Positions 1 to 8,793 are shown, numbered from the stretch's first letter. The stretch: 64,000 bases of DNA from an uncultured Rikenellaceae bacterium (GCA_963802145.1 CAWDHN010000009.1:33936-97935), one strand, 5' to 3'. Notes: generated from the letters alone by a model not told the origin. Numbers and translations are program-made.

Positions 1-1
1 C

Positions 2-1714
2 CTTACCACGGTCACCGGGCTTATCCTGGCCATGGCACTTACCCTCCTTGCCGATGACCTCCTCGCATATGCCGGGAGCTATTTTGCAAAGAAGCATTCA
101 TACCTGATTGAGGGTCATATTTCAACACTGATACATAACCACGCATCCGGCCTCGGGTTAAGGTTCTTTGAGGATCCGTTGTTTCATGACCGACTGGCAA
201 GGGCCGCGAGGGACATCTCGTGGAGACCTGCAGCGATGGTCACTGATTTTATCCTCCTTCTTCGTGGCGTGATCTCATTCCTGGCGATGGGATATCTCCT
301 CAGGACATTTGGCATCATCCCCCTCGCGGTTCTGGTAGTTGTGTTCATACCCGTACTGTGGATCAGGTCACGTAATTCAGCAAGGCTTTACCGGGTCAGG
401 AAGAGTGTCACCGAAGATACCCGCCAGGCATCATACTTCAGCTGGCTGCTGACGGGAGAGAAGCCTGCGAGGGAGGTCAAGCTCTTTGATCTCGGAAGCT
501 ATTTCGAAAAGCTCTTTCGCAAGCACTACGGTGCCTCCAGGGAGCCAGAGATAGCCGCTGTGAGGAAGAACTCCGTTTATGAAAGCCTGGCTGCCGTGTT
601 CAAGATGGCGGCCTTTGCCGGAGTGCTTGTTTACGCCACAGCCTCGTTCATTAATGGTGAGATCACCGCAGGGGAGCTGGCGGTGTATGTGGTGGCCTTC
701 CGGCAGGCCATGGTATACCTGCGCGACGCTGTCACAGGTTACGCAGGGCTTGCGGAGAACAGGCTCTTCCTGCAGGACCTGTTCGGGTTCCTCGACCTGA
801 AGGGCGACATGGCGGGCGTTGAGAAGGCGCCGGAGCCTGGTGCATTCGGAGATATCATTGTCGATAAGGTGACCTTCACCTATCCGGGAGCCGGCCGGCC
901 GGCATTGCGCGATATTGACCTGAAGATAACCAGTGGAGAGAAGATAGCTGTTGTCGGACCCAACGGCTCGGGCAAGACCACTCTGGTCAAGCTCCTCTGC
1001 AGGCTTTATGATCCTGACAGCGGCCGCATCATGCTCAACGGCAGGAACATTAATGACATTGATCCCGTCGGGTACCGCCGGCTCTTCTCAGTGGTGTTTC
1101 AGAACTTCATGCTTTATTACCTGAGCGCCGGTGATAACATCCGCCTGAGCGACGCAGAGGGGAAAGAAGAGATGGGAAGAGTCCGTGGCGCCGGAGAGAG
1201 TGAAGAGGAGATGGGAAGAGTCCGGGGCGCCGCTGAGAGCCAGGAGGAGGCCGGGAAAGTGCCGGGTACCGCTGAGGGTAAAGAGGAGATGGAAAGGGTC
1301 CGGAGTGCCGCGGCAATGACAGGCCTGCAGGAGCTGCTTGAGAGCCTCCCGGAGGGATATGATACGCTCCTCGGCCATCACACCGAGGGCGGCCGCGAGC
1401 TCAGCTGGGGCGAGTGGCAGAAGATAGCCATAGCAAGGGCTCTGTACCGTGATGCCCCGGTGCTTGTTCTCGATGAGCCGGCCTCTTCGCTTGATGCCGA
1501 CTCTGAGTATGAGATATTCTCTGACCTGGGAAGGATTACCGCCGGGAGGACATGCATCTTCATCAGCCACCGGCTTTCGAATGTGAGAGAGGCCGACCGG
1601 ATCATCCTCCTCGAGGAGGGCCGCATTGCGGAGTCGGGAACTCATGATGAGCTGATGGCAGCCAAGGGAAGATATTTTTCGATGTACACCAGGCAGAAAT
1701 CGATGTACAGATGA
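2..1714 (+). CDS. ABC exporter, fused permease/ATPase (5' end runs off the window)
   Basis: Frame is open from nt 2, upstream of the listed Met at 32. Hydrophobic N-half. Walker A GPNGSGKTT, signature-like LSWGEWQ, Walker B VLVLDEPASSLD. A 4 x 13-aa repeat insert precedes the signature motif. Confidence 0.85.
   Translation, partial: LTTVTGLILAMALTLLADDLLAYAGSYFAKKHSYLIEGHISTLIHNHASGLGLRFFEDPLFHDRLARAARDISWRPAAMVTDFILLLRGVISFLAMGYLLRTFGIIPLAVLVVVFIPVLWIRSRNSARLYRVRKSVTEDTRQASYFSWLLTGEKPAREVKLFDLGSYFEKLFRKHYGASREPEIAAVRKNSVYESLAAVFKMAAFAGVLVYATASFINGEITAGELAVYVVAFRQAMVYLRDAVTGYAGLAENRLFLQDLFGFLDLKGDMAGVEKAPEPGAFGDIIVDKVTFTYPGAGRPALRDIDLKITSGEKIAVVGPNGSGKTTLVKLLCRLYDPDSGRIMLNGRNINDIDPVGYRRLFSVVFQNFMLYYLSAGDNIRLSDAEGKEEMGRVRGAGESEEEMGRVRGAAESQEEAGKVPGTAEGKEEMERVRSAAAMTGLQELLESLPEGYDTLLGHHTEGGRELSWGEWQKIAIARALYRDAPVLVLDEPASSLDADSEYEIFSDLGRITAGRTCIFISHRLSNVREADRIILLEEGRIAESGTHDELMAAKGRYFSMYTRQKSMYR
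1163..1318 (+). repeat. 39-bp x 4 in-frame tandem repeat inside the ABC ATPase domain
   Basis: Encodes KEEMGRVRGAGES / EEEMGRVRGAAES / QEEAGKVPGTAEG / KEEMERVRSAAAM. Confidence 0.85.
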
Positions 1715-2004
1715 TGGCAGGCGATGATGACCGGGTTGCGGAAGGCAAGGGTGGCCGGGAGACTGCAGGCACCAGTGACCAAAAAACGAAAGACATGGGT
1801 GGCCGGGAGGATGCAGGCACGAGTGACCGGAAAGAGGAAGACATGAGTGGCCGGCAAAATCAAGGCGATGATGACCGTGAGAGAGCTGTCAGCCTGCTGC
1901 TTCTGCTGACCAGGACAGAATTCACTGATGAAGAGAAAGATCCGGGTCAGGGAGGATATGCGCCTCATTTGACGGATGGAAGCTCTTCACCGACCTGGCT
2001 GTGA
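1711..2004 (+). CDS. Repeat-rich small ORF; its tail looks like the detached N-terminus of the downstream nucleotidyltransferase
   Basis: ATGA overlap with the ABC stop and GTGA overlap with the next ORF. Contains 16-aa repeats GGRE[TD]AGTSD.K..DM, then LLLLLTRTEFTDEEK. Confidence 0.4.
   Translation: MMAGDDDRVAEGKGGRETAGTSDQKTKDMGGREDAGTSDRKEEDMSGRQNQGDDDRERAVSLLLLLTRTEFTDEEKDPGQGGYAPHLTDGSSSPTWL
1750..1860 (+). repeat. 48-bp x ~2.3 in-frame tandem repeat
   Basis: Units at 1750-1797 and 1798-1845 both start ggtggccgggag and end gacatg. A third unit is degenerate. Confidence 0.8.
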
Positions 2005-3050
2005 GGCACGGCGTTGCCGCGCTTGTATGGCAGAATATATCCGATCTCTCCCTTACCAGTCATGTGCCCGAGGCGGAACGGATCATCATGGAAGGATTAA
2101 GGTTTAAGTCGATAGCAAGGGTGACCTACATCACCAGTGTCGCCGCAGAGGTTACCGCTGCACTTGAAAAGGAGGGGATAAGAGTCGTGCTGCTGAAGGG
2201 TCTTGCCCTGGAGCACACGGTTTACGGTTCGCGCGGGCTGAGACAGATGAGTGATGCCGATCTGCTGGTTGCTCCTGCTGATGCGTTGAGGGCGAGAGAT
2301 ATTCTTGTCAGGGCCGGTTTTGCTTCCATGCCCATGAAGTCGAAGCTTTACAGGCACATTATCCTTGACATTGGAAACCACCTGCCTGAACTGCGCCGCG
2401 GTGGCATGTCCGTTGACCTGCATTACAGGCTCTTCAGCTCCGAAGGGGTTGAGATGGTGGCCGGGGCCATTGCGGAAGCTGAAGAGATCTATGCAGCAGG
2501 AAACACTTTTCATGTGCTGCCTCCGGTGACCGCCTTCCTGGGGCTGGTCAGCCATATCTTCAAGCACGATGTCAAGGGGGAGTTCCAGCTGAGGCTGTAT
2601 ACCGACATATATCTTCTGCTCAGGAAGCATGGGCCCGGAATAATCAACAGTAATCTGCCGGCTGCAGCGAAACAGGCCGGCATTCAGGGTGAAGTCCGTG
2701 TTGTACTGACCGTCATGCAGCAGGTATGGGGACTGAAGATACCTCCGGAGATGGAGGCACTGCCGGGGCAGGAGCAGAAGAAAGCTGACCGGTTCATGCA
2801 TGATCTCATGTATCCCGACCTGATCAGGCCGGAGAGCCAGCGGGCCATGTTCAACAGGAATATGAGCTCTCTGAAAGGATTCAGGAAGAAACTTATTTTC
2901 ATTACAGGCGATATTTTCCCCTCTTTGCATTTCATGAGACAGCGGTACGGATGCCGTACAAGCCTGTCAGCCATGCTTTATTATCCTCACAGACTCGGGA
3001 AACTGGTATGGGTTTTAGGTCTTTTAAGGGCCCAAAAGCAGGATAATTAA
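2001..3050 (+). CDS. Nucleotidyltransferase family protein (PF14907 / NTP_transf_5-like)
   Basis: Motifs recalled from this family: HGVAALVW, LLKGLALEHTVYGSRGLRQMSDADLLV, GMSVDLHYRLF. GTG start; the true N-terminus is uncertain (see findings). Confidence 0.7.
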   Translation: MRHGVAALVWQNISDLSLTSHVPEAERIIMEGLRFKSIARVTYITSVAAEVTAALEKEGIRVVLLKGLALEHTVYGSRGLRQMSDADLLVAPADALRARDILVRAGFASMPMKSKLYRHIILDIGNHLPELRRGGMSVDLHYRLFSSEGVEMVAGAIAEAEEIYAAGNTFHVLPPVTAFLGLVSHIFKHDVKGEFQLRLYTDIYLLLRKHGPGIINSNLPAAAKQAGIQGEVRVVLTVMQQVWGLKIPPEMEALPGQEQKKADRFMHDLMYPDLIRPESQRAMFNRNMSSLKGFRKKLIFITGDIFPSLHFMRQRYGCRTSLSAMLYYPHRLGKLVWVLGLLRAQKQDN

Positions 3051-3122
3051 CACAAAAACAAATTATTTACTAAAAATCTTCATTTTTTCTTGCTTATTAA
3101 GGAAATAATTTCTTAATTTTAC

Positions 3123-3150
3123 TTTAGTCAATTTTCAGTTTTTAGTCAAT
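3123..3150 (+). repeat. Direct 10-mer repeat TTTAGTCAAT x 2 (18-bp spacing) in an AT-rich spacer
   Basis: Copies at 3123-3132 and 3141-3150. Confidence 0.7.
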
Positions 3151-3318
3151 GTTCTGTAAGGCTTGTGTTTAGGTTTTATTTAAAACGCGACAAAATGGAA
3201 GCTACTCGTCTGAAGTCCACGGTTGAATAGCGCTCTAGGGGAAAAGGCGCTTCATTAGCGCGTCTCGCTGCATGATTCGTCTCTTCCGGCGGGTAAAGCT
3301 GCATTTTTCGTCGCTGGG

Positions 3319-3355
3319 CTGCCCCGGACTGAAAAGCTCCGGGGCAGTTTTCTGT
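3319..3355 (+). terminator. Rho-independent terminator
   Basis: Perfect 10-bp GC-rich stem CTGCCCCGGA / TCCGGGGCAG, 9-nt loop, followed by TTTTCTGTT. Confidence 0.7.
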
Positions 3356-3389
3356 TGCCGCTTTTTCCGCGGCTTTACCTCAAAAGCAT

Positions 3390-3397
3390 TACTTTTG
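3390..3397 (+). promoter_or_regulatory. Bacteroidota -7 promoter box (TAnnTTTG) for cysS
   Basis: TACTTTTG, ending 18 nt before the cysS ATG. Confidence 0.5.
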
Positions 3398-3414
3398 CAC
3401 AAAGAGCCGATGAA

Positions 3415-4884
3415 ATGAAAAGTGCACTTTATCTGTATAACACCCTCACCCGCAGGAAAGAACTGTTTGAGCCCCTGGCCCCGCCCTTTGTCGGCATGTA
3501 TGTCTGCGGACCCACTGTCTACAGCGAGTCGCACCTCGGCCATGCCCGTCCGGCCGTGACATTTGATGTGCTTTACAGATACCTGATGCATCTTGGGTAC
3601 AGGGTACGGTATGTCCGCAACATAACTGACGTCGGACACCTCGAGAATGAGGTGGATGATTCCGGCGAGGATAAGATCAGCCGCAAGGCACGACAGGAGC
3701 ACCTTGAACCGATGGAGATAGTTCAGAAATACATGAACAGCTATCACCTGGCCATGGAGAAGCTCAACACCCTGCCGCCGTCGATAGAGCCCCGGGCAAC
3801 AGGGCATATCATCGAGCAGCAGCAGCTGGCGGAGAGGCTGATAAGCAAGGGCTATGCCTACGAGGTCAACGGCTCGGTCTATTTCGATGTTGAGAAGTAT
3901 GACAAAAACCATCGTTACGGCATCCTGTCGGGAAGGGTGCTTGAGGATATGCGCGCCAACAGCCGTGCCCTGGAGGGGCAGGATGAGAAGCGCGGGCAGT
4001 TCGATTTCGCCCTATGGAAGAAAGCCTCTCCCGGCCATATCATGCGCTGGCCCTCGAAGTGGAGCGAAGGGTTTCCGGGATGGCACCTCGAGTGCTCGGT
4101 GATGAGCACCAAGTACCTCGGAGAGACCTTCGACATACATGGCGGCGGAATGGACCTGGTTTTTCCCCACCACGAGTGTGAGATAGCCCAGAGCACTGCA
4201 TCACAGGGTCATGCCCCGGTGCGTTACTGGGTGCATAACAACATGGTCACCATCAACGGCCAGAAGATGGCGAGATCGCTGGGTAACTTCATCACCCTGG
4301 AGGAACTCTATACAGGCTCTCATAAGATACTTGTTCAGGCCTACTCTCCCATGACCATCCGGTTCTTCATGCTTCAGGCTCATTACCGCAGCACGCTCGA
4401 CTTCAGCAATGAGGCGCTGCTCGCAGCATCACTGGGACTGCAGAAGCTGCTGACGGCAGAGAAGACGCTGGCAGGACTTAAGCCGTCGGATGAATCCACC
4501 GTTGACATCAGCGGCATCGTTAAAAAATGCCATGAGGCCATGAGTGACGACCTTAACACCCCGGTGGCGATAGCCCAGCTCTTTGATGCCGTCAGGATCA
4601 TCAACCTGGTGAGTGACGGCAAGGAAAAACTGACGGCAGGTGATATCGCCTCACTTACGACTCTCTTCAGCGTTTTTGTTCACGACCTCTTCGGCCTGAA
4701 GGCAGAGGAGTCTCCCGGGAACGACAAGCTCGCCGGTGTGCTGACCCTGCTGCTTGACATGAGGCAGGATGCCAAGGCGAGGAAGGAGTGGAGCGTCTCT
4801 GACCGGATTCGCGACAGGCTGAGCGAGCTCGGTATTATGGTGAAGGACCGCAAGGACGGGTATGACTGGGAAATAACGATGTAA
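3415..4884 (+). CDS. cysS: Cysteine--tRNA ligase
   Basis: [17 protein letters not shown] (HIGH region) and KMARSLGN (KMSKS-like). Start moved to the Met at 3415, downstream of a -7 box at 3390. Confidence 0.95.
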   Translation: MKSALYLYNTLTRRKELFEPLAPPFVGMYVCGPTVYSESHLGHARPAVTFDVLYRYLMHLGYRVRYVRNITDVGHLENEVDDSGEDKISRKARQEHLEPMEIVQKYMNSYHLAMEKLNTLPPSIEPRATGHIIEQQQLAERLISKGYAYEVNGSVYFDVEKYDKNHRYGILSGRVLEDMRANSRALEGQDEKRGQFDFALWKKASPGHIMRWPSKWSEGFPGWHLECSVMSTKYLGETFDIHGGGMDLVFPHHECEIAQSTASQGHAPVRYWVHNNMVTINGQKMARSLGNFITLEELYTGSHKILVQAYSPMTIRFFMLQAHYRSTLDFSNEALLAASLGLQKLLTAEKTLAGLKPSDESTVDISGIVKKCHEAMSDDLNTPVAIAQLFDAVRIINLVSDGKEKLTAGDIASLTTLFSVFVHDLFGLKAEESPGNDKLAGVLTLLLDMRQDAKARKEWSVSDRIRDRLSELGIMVKDRKDGYDWEITM

Positions 4885-4886
4885 CG

Positions 4887-6485
4887 GTGGCCCCCTACAA
4901 GTCAGAGATAATCCGGATCGGCAGCCTGAGCATGGGGGGTGACCTCCCCGTGCGGGTTCAGAGCATGACCAATACGGATACGCTCGATACTGCTGCGAGC
5001 GTCAGCCAGTGCATCCGGATCATTGAAGCCGGAGGTGAGCTGGTGAGGCTTACAGCCCAGGGGGTCAGGGAGGCGGAGAATCTTGCTGCCATAAAGAGAG
5101 AGCTGCGAAGGGCAGGTTTTGATACACCGCTCTGTGCAGACATACACTTCAATCCGGCTGCTGCAGAAGTAGCCGCACGCCTCGTTGAAAAGGTTCGAAT
5201 CAATCCCGGCAACTATGCCGACAAGAGAGCTTCGTTCATCAAACAGGAGCTGTCAGACGGTGAATACATGGCGGAGCTCGAACGCATCAGGGAGCGACTG
5301 TTGCCACTGATACGGATATGCACGGATAACGGCACCGCGGTCCGTATAGGAGTGAACCACGGTTCGCTCTCGGACCGGATAATGACGCGCTACGGAAACA
5401 CGCCGGAGGGGATGGCCGTGTCGGCAGTAGAGTTCCTGAAGATATTCAGGGATGAGGGCTTCCGCAGCCTGGTGGTCTCAATGAAGTCGTCCGACACCAG
5501 GGTGATGGTTGAATCAAACCGTCTGCTTGTCAGGATGATGGCGGAGGAAGGAATGTTCTTCCCCGTTCATCTCGGCATCACCGAGGCGGGTGAAGGCGAA
5601 GACGGAAGGATCATATCCGCTGCCGGTATCGGCACCCTGCTCACGGAGGGCATAGGTGACACAGTGAGGGTCTCCCTCTCGGAGGCTCCGGAGAAGGAGA
5701 TACCCGTTGCCAGGGAGATAATCAGGGCTGTTGCGGGCCCGTCGGGCAGGGTGAAGAGACCCTCTCCTCCACTGCCGGCAAGAAAAAGCGGGGCGCACTA
5801 TTATCCCCAGGTTTATTCTGAGAAGGGGACCGGCCTCGCCACAAAAAAGGATGACAGCCTCTCAACGAAAAAGAATGGCAGCTTCCCGGATGAGCAGGGT
5901 GGTATCTTTGTCAATGAGAAGGGAGGCATGCATGAGGTTGAGGTGGTGACGCTGGGCGCTGACGAACTGTTGCGATGCAACAATCTGCAGGCATACGATG
6001 CAATCCTGAACCCCGTCTTCAGCGAGGATGACCCGGAGAGGCTGGCCATAGGTGCGGCATCGCTGCTGGGAAGGTTCTTCATAGCGCGTCAGCCGGCAGG
6101 ACTGTGCATCACAAACACGGGACAGGTGCAGGGTGAGGCGCTTCGCAGGCTTGCTTTTTCAATACTGCAGGCCACCGAGGCCCGCATAACGCGCACAAGG
6201 TATATCTCCTGTCCCACCTGCGGCCGTACGAAATTCAATCTTGAGGAGGCTGTCCGCAAGGTGAAGGACGGCACAGCACACCTGACCGGCATGAAGATAG
6301 CCGTGATGGGGTGCATTGTCAACGGTCCGGGCGAGATGGCTGGTGCCGACTATGGTTATGTGGGAGCCGCAGAGGGTAAGGTGCATATATACCGCGGCAC
6401 CGAGGCCGTACTGAAGAATATAGCCGAGGCCGAAGCGCTGGAGAGGCTCCTTGAGCTTATCGAGAGCGATCAGGCAAGACGGTAA
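4887..6485 (+). CDS. ispG: 4-hydroxy-3-methylbut-2-en-1-yl diphosphate synthase, long form with insert domain
   Basis: VRVQSMTNT, RINPGNY, and C-terminal CPTCGRT...GCIVNGPGE Fe-S motifs. GTG start 2 nt after the cysS stop. Confidence 0.9.
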   Translation: MAPYKSEIIRIGSLSMGGDLPVRVQSMTNTDTLDTAASVSQCIRIIEAGGELVRLTAQGVREAENLAAIKRELRRAGFDTPLCADIHFNPAAAEVAARLVEKVRINPGNYADKRASFIKQELSDGEYMAELERIRERLLPLIRICTDNGTAVRIGVNHGSLSDRIMTRYGNTPEGMAVSAVEFLKIFRDEGFRSLVVSMKSSDTRVMVESNRLLVRMMAEEGMFFPVHLGITEAGEGEDGRIISAAGIGTLLTEGIGDTVRVSLSEAPEKEIPVAREIIRAVAGPSGRVKRPSPPLPARKSGAHYYPQVYSEKGTGLATKKDDSLSTKKNGSFPDEQGGIFVNEKGGMHEVEVVTLGADELLRCNNLQAYDAILNPVFSEDDPERLAIGAASLLGRFFIARQPAGLCITNTGQVQGEALRRLAFSILQATEARITRTRYISCPTCGRTKFNLEEAVRKVKDGTAHLTGMKIAVMGCIVNGPGEMAGADYGYVGAAEGKVHIYRGTEAVLKNIAEAEALERLLELIESDQARR

Positions 6486-6597
6486 AATGTTGCCGGACAC
6501 CCGGCGCCGGCCGGAAATGGGGCAAACCGGCACTACTCTGGAGTTGGCCAGCCAAGATGGCCTCTCAGGGCATCAGTCTGGCAATAGTGTAAGCCGG

Positions 6598-8742
6598 CTA
6601 CTCTTTATCAGATGAATCAGCCAGCCGGTAATCGAGCTGTCTCTTCCTGAGATCAGCCTTTACCACCTCCACATTGATCTTGTCACCGAGCATGTATACC
6701 TTGCCCGATTGCCTCCCTTTGATCGAGTAGTTCTCCTCGTCATATTCAAAGTAGTCATCCTGCAGCTCCCTGATGGCGATCATGCCCTCGCACTGGTTCT
6801 CGATGATCTCGACATAGAGGCCCCATTCGGTCACTCCTGAGATGACGCCCTCGAACACCTTCCCTATCTTGTCGCTCATGAACTCTACCTGCTTGTATTT
6901 GATCGAAGCCCTCTCGGCGTCGGTAGCCAGGCGCTCCATCTTCGACGAGTGTTCGCACATCTTTGCAAACTTCTCCCTGTCACTGGCAGGCTGCCCGTCA
7001 AGGTACCTGGTGAGCAGGCGGTGAACCATCATATCAGGGTACCGCCTGATGGGCGAGGTGAAGTGGGTGTAATGGCCGAAGGCAAGTCCGTAGTGCCCTA
7101 TGTTGTCGGTGGAATAGATCGCCTTGGCCATGGAGCGCAGGGCGAGGGTCTCGATGATATTCTGTTCCTTTTTTCCTGAGACAGCATCCATCAGCTTGTT
7201 CATGGCGGCGGGCAGTCCCTTCACGTTCTCAGTGTCGAGCTCATAGCCGAACCTCTTGATGAAATAGCCGAATGAACTCAGCTTCTCAGGATTGGGTTTG
7301 TCGTGGATACGGTAGACGAAGGTCTTTCCCTTGAGTTTTTTGCCCACATGTTCAGCGACGCGCTTGTTGGCCAGGAGCATGAACTCTTCGATGAGCTGGT
7401 TTGAGGTTCCGAACTCGCGGAAGAGAATGCCGAGAGGCACTCCCTTCTCACTGAGATTGAACTTGACCTCAAGCCGTTCAAAGGCGAAGGAGCCCGAGGC
7501 GAAGCGCCTGCTGCGGAGTGTCTGTGCCAGGTTGTTAAGGGTCAGGAGCTGTTCCTTCATGTCGCCCTCTCCGGTGTCTATCACCTTCTGAGCTTCGGAA
7601 TAAGAGAAGCGTTTGTCGGAATTGATGACTGTCCGTCCGAACCACTCCTTAACCACGTTAGCCTTGCTGTCAAGCTCGAAGACGGCGGCGTAGGTGAGCT
7701 TGTCCTCCGCGGGGTTCAGGGAGCAGATATGGTTGGAGATCCTCTCGGGAAGCATTGGAATGGTGCGGTCGACGAGGTATACTGACGTGGCACGCTCCTG
7801 CGCCACCTTCTCAAGCAGGGAGCCGGTCCTGACATAATGCGTTACGTCGGCAATATGTACTCCCACCTCGATATTCCCGTCAGGAAGGCGCCTGACTGAC
7901 AGTGCATCGTCAAAGTCCTTGGCATCTTCGGGGTCAATGGTGAAGGTCGGCACATCGCGGAAGTCGCGCCGTGCAGCTATCTCCTCGGGGGTGATGGCTG
8001 CAGGAATCTTCTCTGCCGCGGCTTCGACCTCAGGTTCAAACCTGTTGGGGAGGCCGAACTCGGCGAGGATGGCGTGCATCTCCGTGTCATTCTCTCCGGG
8101 GTAGCCCAGGACCTCGGTTATTTCGCCGATGGGATTGCGTGAGCGCTGGTCCCACTCAACAAGTTTGGCAACTGCCTTCTGGCCCTGCTTCGCACCGTTA
8201 AGCTTAGAGAGCGGAATAAAGAGGTCGAAGGGCATGTTTTTATTGTCAGGTATGAGGAAGGCAAACTGCGGGGTCAGCTCGATGGTGCCTACAAACGCGG
8301 CCCGTGAGCGACTGATTATCTCAACCACCTCTCCCTCCGGTCTCTTGCCCTTGTGGCGGGCATAGAGCAGGACCTTCACCTGGTCGCCGTGCAGCGCCGT
8401 GTTGAGGTTGCGGGCAGCAACGAAGACATCATCTTCCGACTCTTCGGTGATCACGAAGGCGTAGCCGAACTTGGTGAGATCGATGGTGCCGGTGACATAT
8501 CCGCCGACGGCCTTGAGGACATATTTACCGTGTCCCCGCTCTTCCGAGAGGCCGTCCTTCTTCATTCTGAGGAGTGCTTCGGAGAGGGCTTTCTTCTCTT
8601 CCTTCTCCGTTATCTGCAGCCGTGCGGCTATCTGTTTGTAATTTAAGGGCTGTTTTGGGTTTTTGGCCATCGCCTTGATGATGAGCTCAATAAGTTTCTT
8701 CTGGTCAACGCCGGAATTCTTAGGCTGTTTGTTTCTTGACAT
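6598..8742 (-). CDS. rnr: Ribonuclease R
   Basis: RNB-domain motifs (TIDPEDAKDFDDALS, HYGLAFGHYTHFTSPIRRYPD) and a C-terminal S1-like domain. Confidence 0.93.
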   Translation of the reverse strand: MSRNKQPKNSGVDQKKLIELIIKAMAKNPKQPLNYKQIAARLQITEKEEKKALSEALLRMKKDGLSEERGHGKYVLKAVGGYVTGTIDLTKFGYAFVITEESEDDVFVAARNLNTALHGDQVKVLLYARHKGKRPEGEVVEIISRSRAAFVGTIELTPQFAFLIPDNKNMPFDLFIPLSKLNGAKQGQKAVAKLVEWDQRSRNPIGEITEVLGYPGENDTEMHAILAEFGLPNRFEPEVEAAAEKIPAAITPEEIAARRDFRDVPTFTIDPEDAKDFDDALSVRRLPDGNIEVGVHIADVTHYVRTGSLLEKVAQERATSVYLVDRTIPMLPERISNHICSLNPAEDKLTYAAVFELDSKANVVKEWFGRTVINSDKRFSYSEAQKVIDTGEGDMKEQLLTLNNLAQTLRSRRFASGSFAFERLEVKFNLSEKGVPLGILFREFGTSNQLIEEFMLLANKRVAEHVGKKLKGKTFVYRIHDKPNPEKLSSFGYFIKRFGYELDTENVKGLPAAMNKLMDAVSGKKEQNIIETLALRSMAKAIYSTDNIGHYGLAFGHYTHFTSPIRRYPDMMVHRLLTRYLDGQPASDREKFAKMCEHSSKMERLATDAERASIKYKQVEFMSDKIGKVFEGVISGVTEWGLYVEIIENQCEGMIAIRELQDDYFEYDEENYSIKGRQSGKVYMLGDKINVEVVKADLRKRQLDYRLADSSDKE

Positions 8743-8764
8743 TGTAATGTTGATTTTGCTTTTA

Positions 8765-8772
8765 CAAAGATA
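8765..8772 (-). promoter_or_regulatory. -7 box for rnr
   Basis: The reverse complement reads TATCTTTG, 23 nt upstream of the rnr ATG. Confidence 0.45.
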
Positions 8773-8785
8773 GGCTGAAATTGGC

Positions 8786-8793
8786 TATCTTTG
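8786..8793 (+). promoter_or_regulatory. -7 box for the PqqD-like gene
   Basis: TATCTTTG, ending 17 nt before the ATG at 8810. Divergent from the rnr box. Confidence 0.45.

Noticed and set aside
3195-3230. 11-codon ORF MEATRLKSTVE in the spacer upstream of cysS.
   Set aside because: It is too short and featureless to support, and I can show no conservation evidence.
3272-3418. 48-codon Cys-containing ORF ([34 protein letters not shown]...) just after the nucleotidyltransferase gene. I considered it as a RiPP precursor or a Cys-sensing leader peptide for cysS.
   Set aside because: It reads straight through the 10-bp terminator hairpin and the cysS -7 box, and it has no credible start context. 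The tandem Cys codons lie after the hairpin, not before it, which is the wrong order for attenuation.
6486-6597. GC-rich short hairpins (GCCGG-ACAC-CCGGC, GGCCA-N7-TGGCC) between the convergent ispG and rnr, considered as terminators or an RNA gene.
   Set aside because: The stems are only 5 bp with no T-runs on either strand, and there is no tRNA-like or other recognisable RNA signature.
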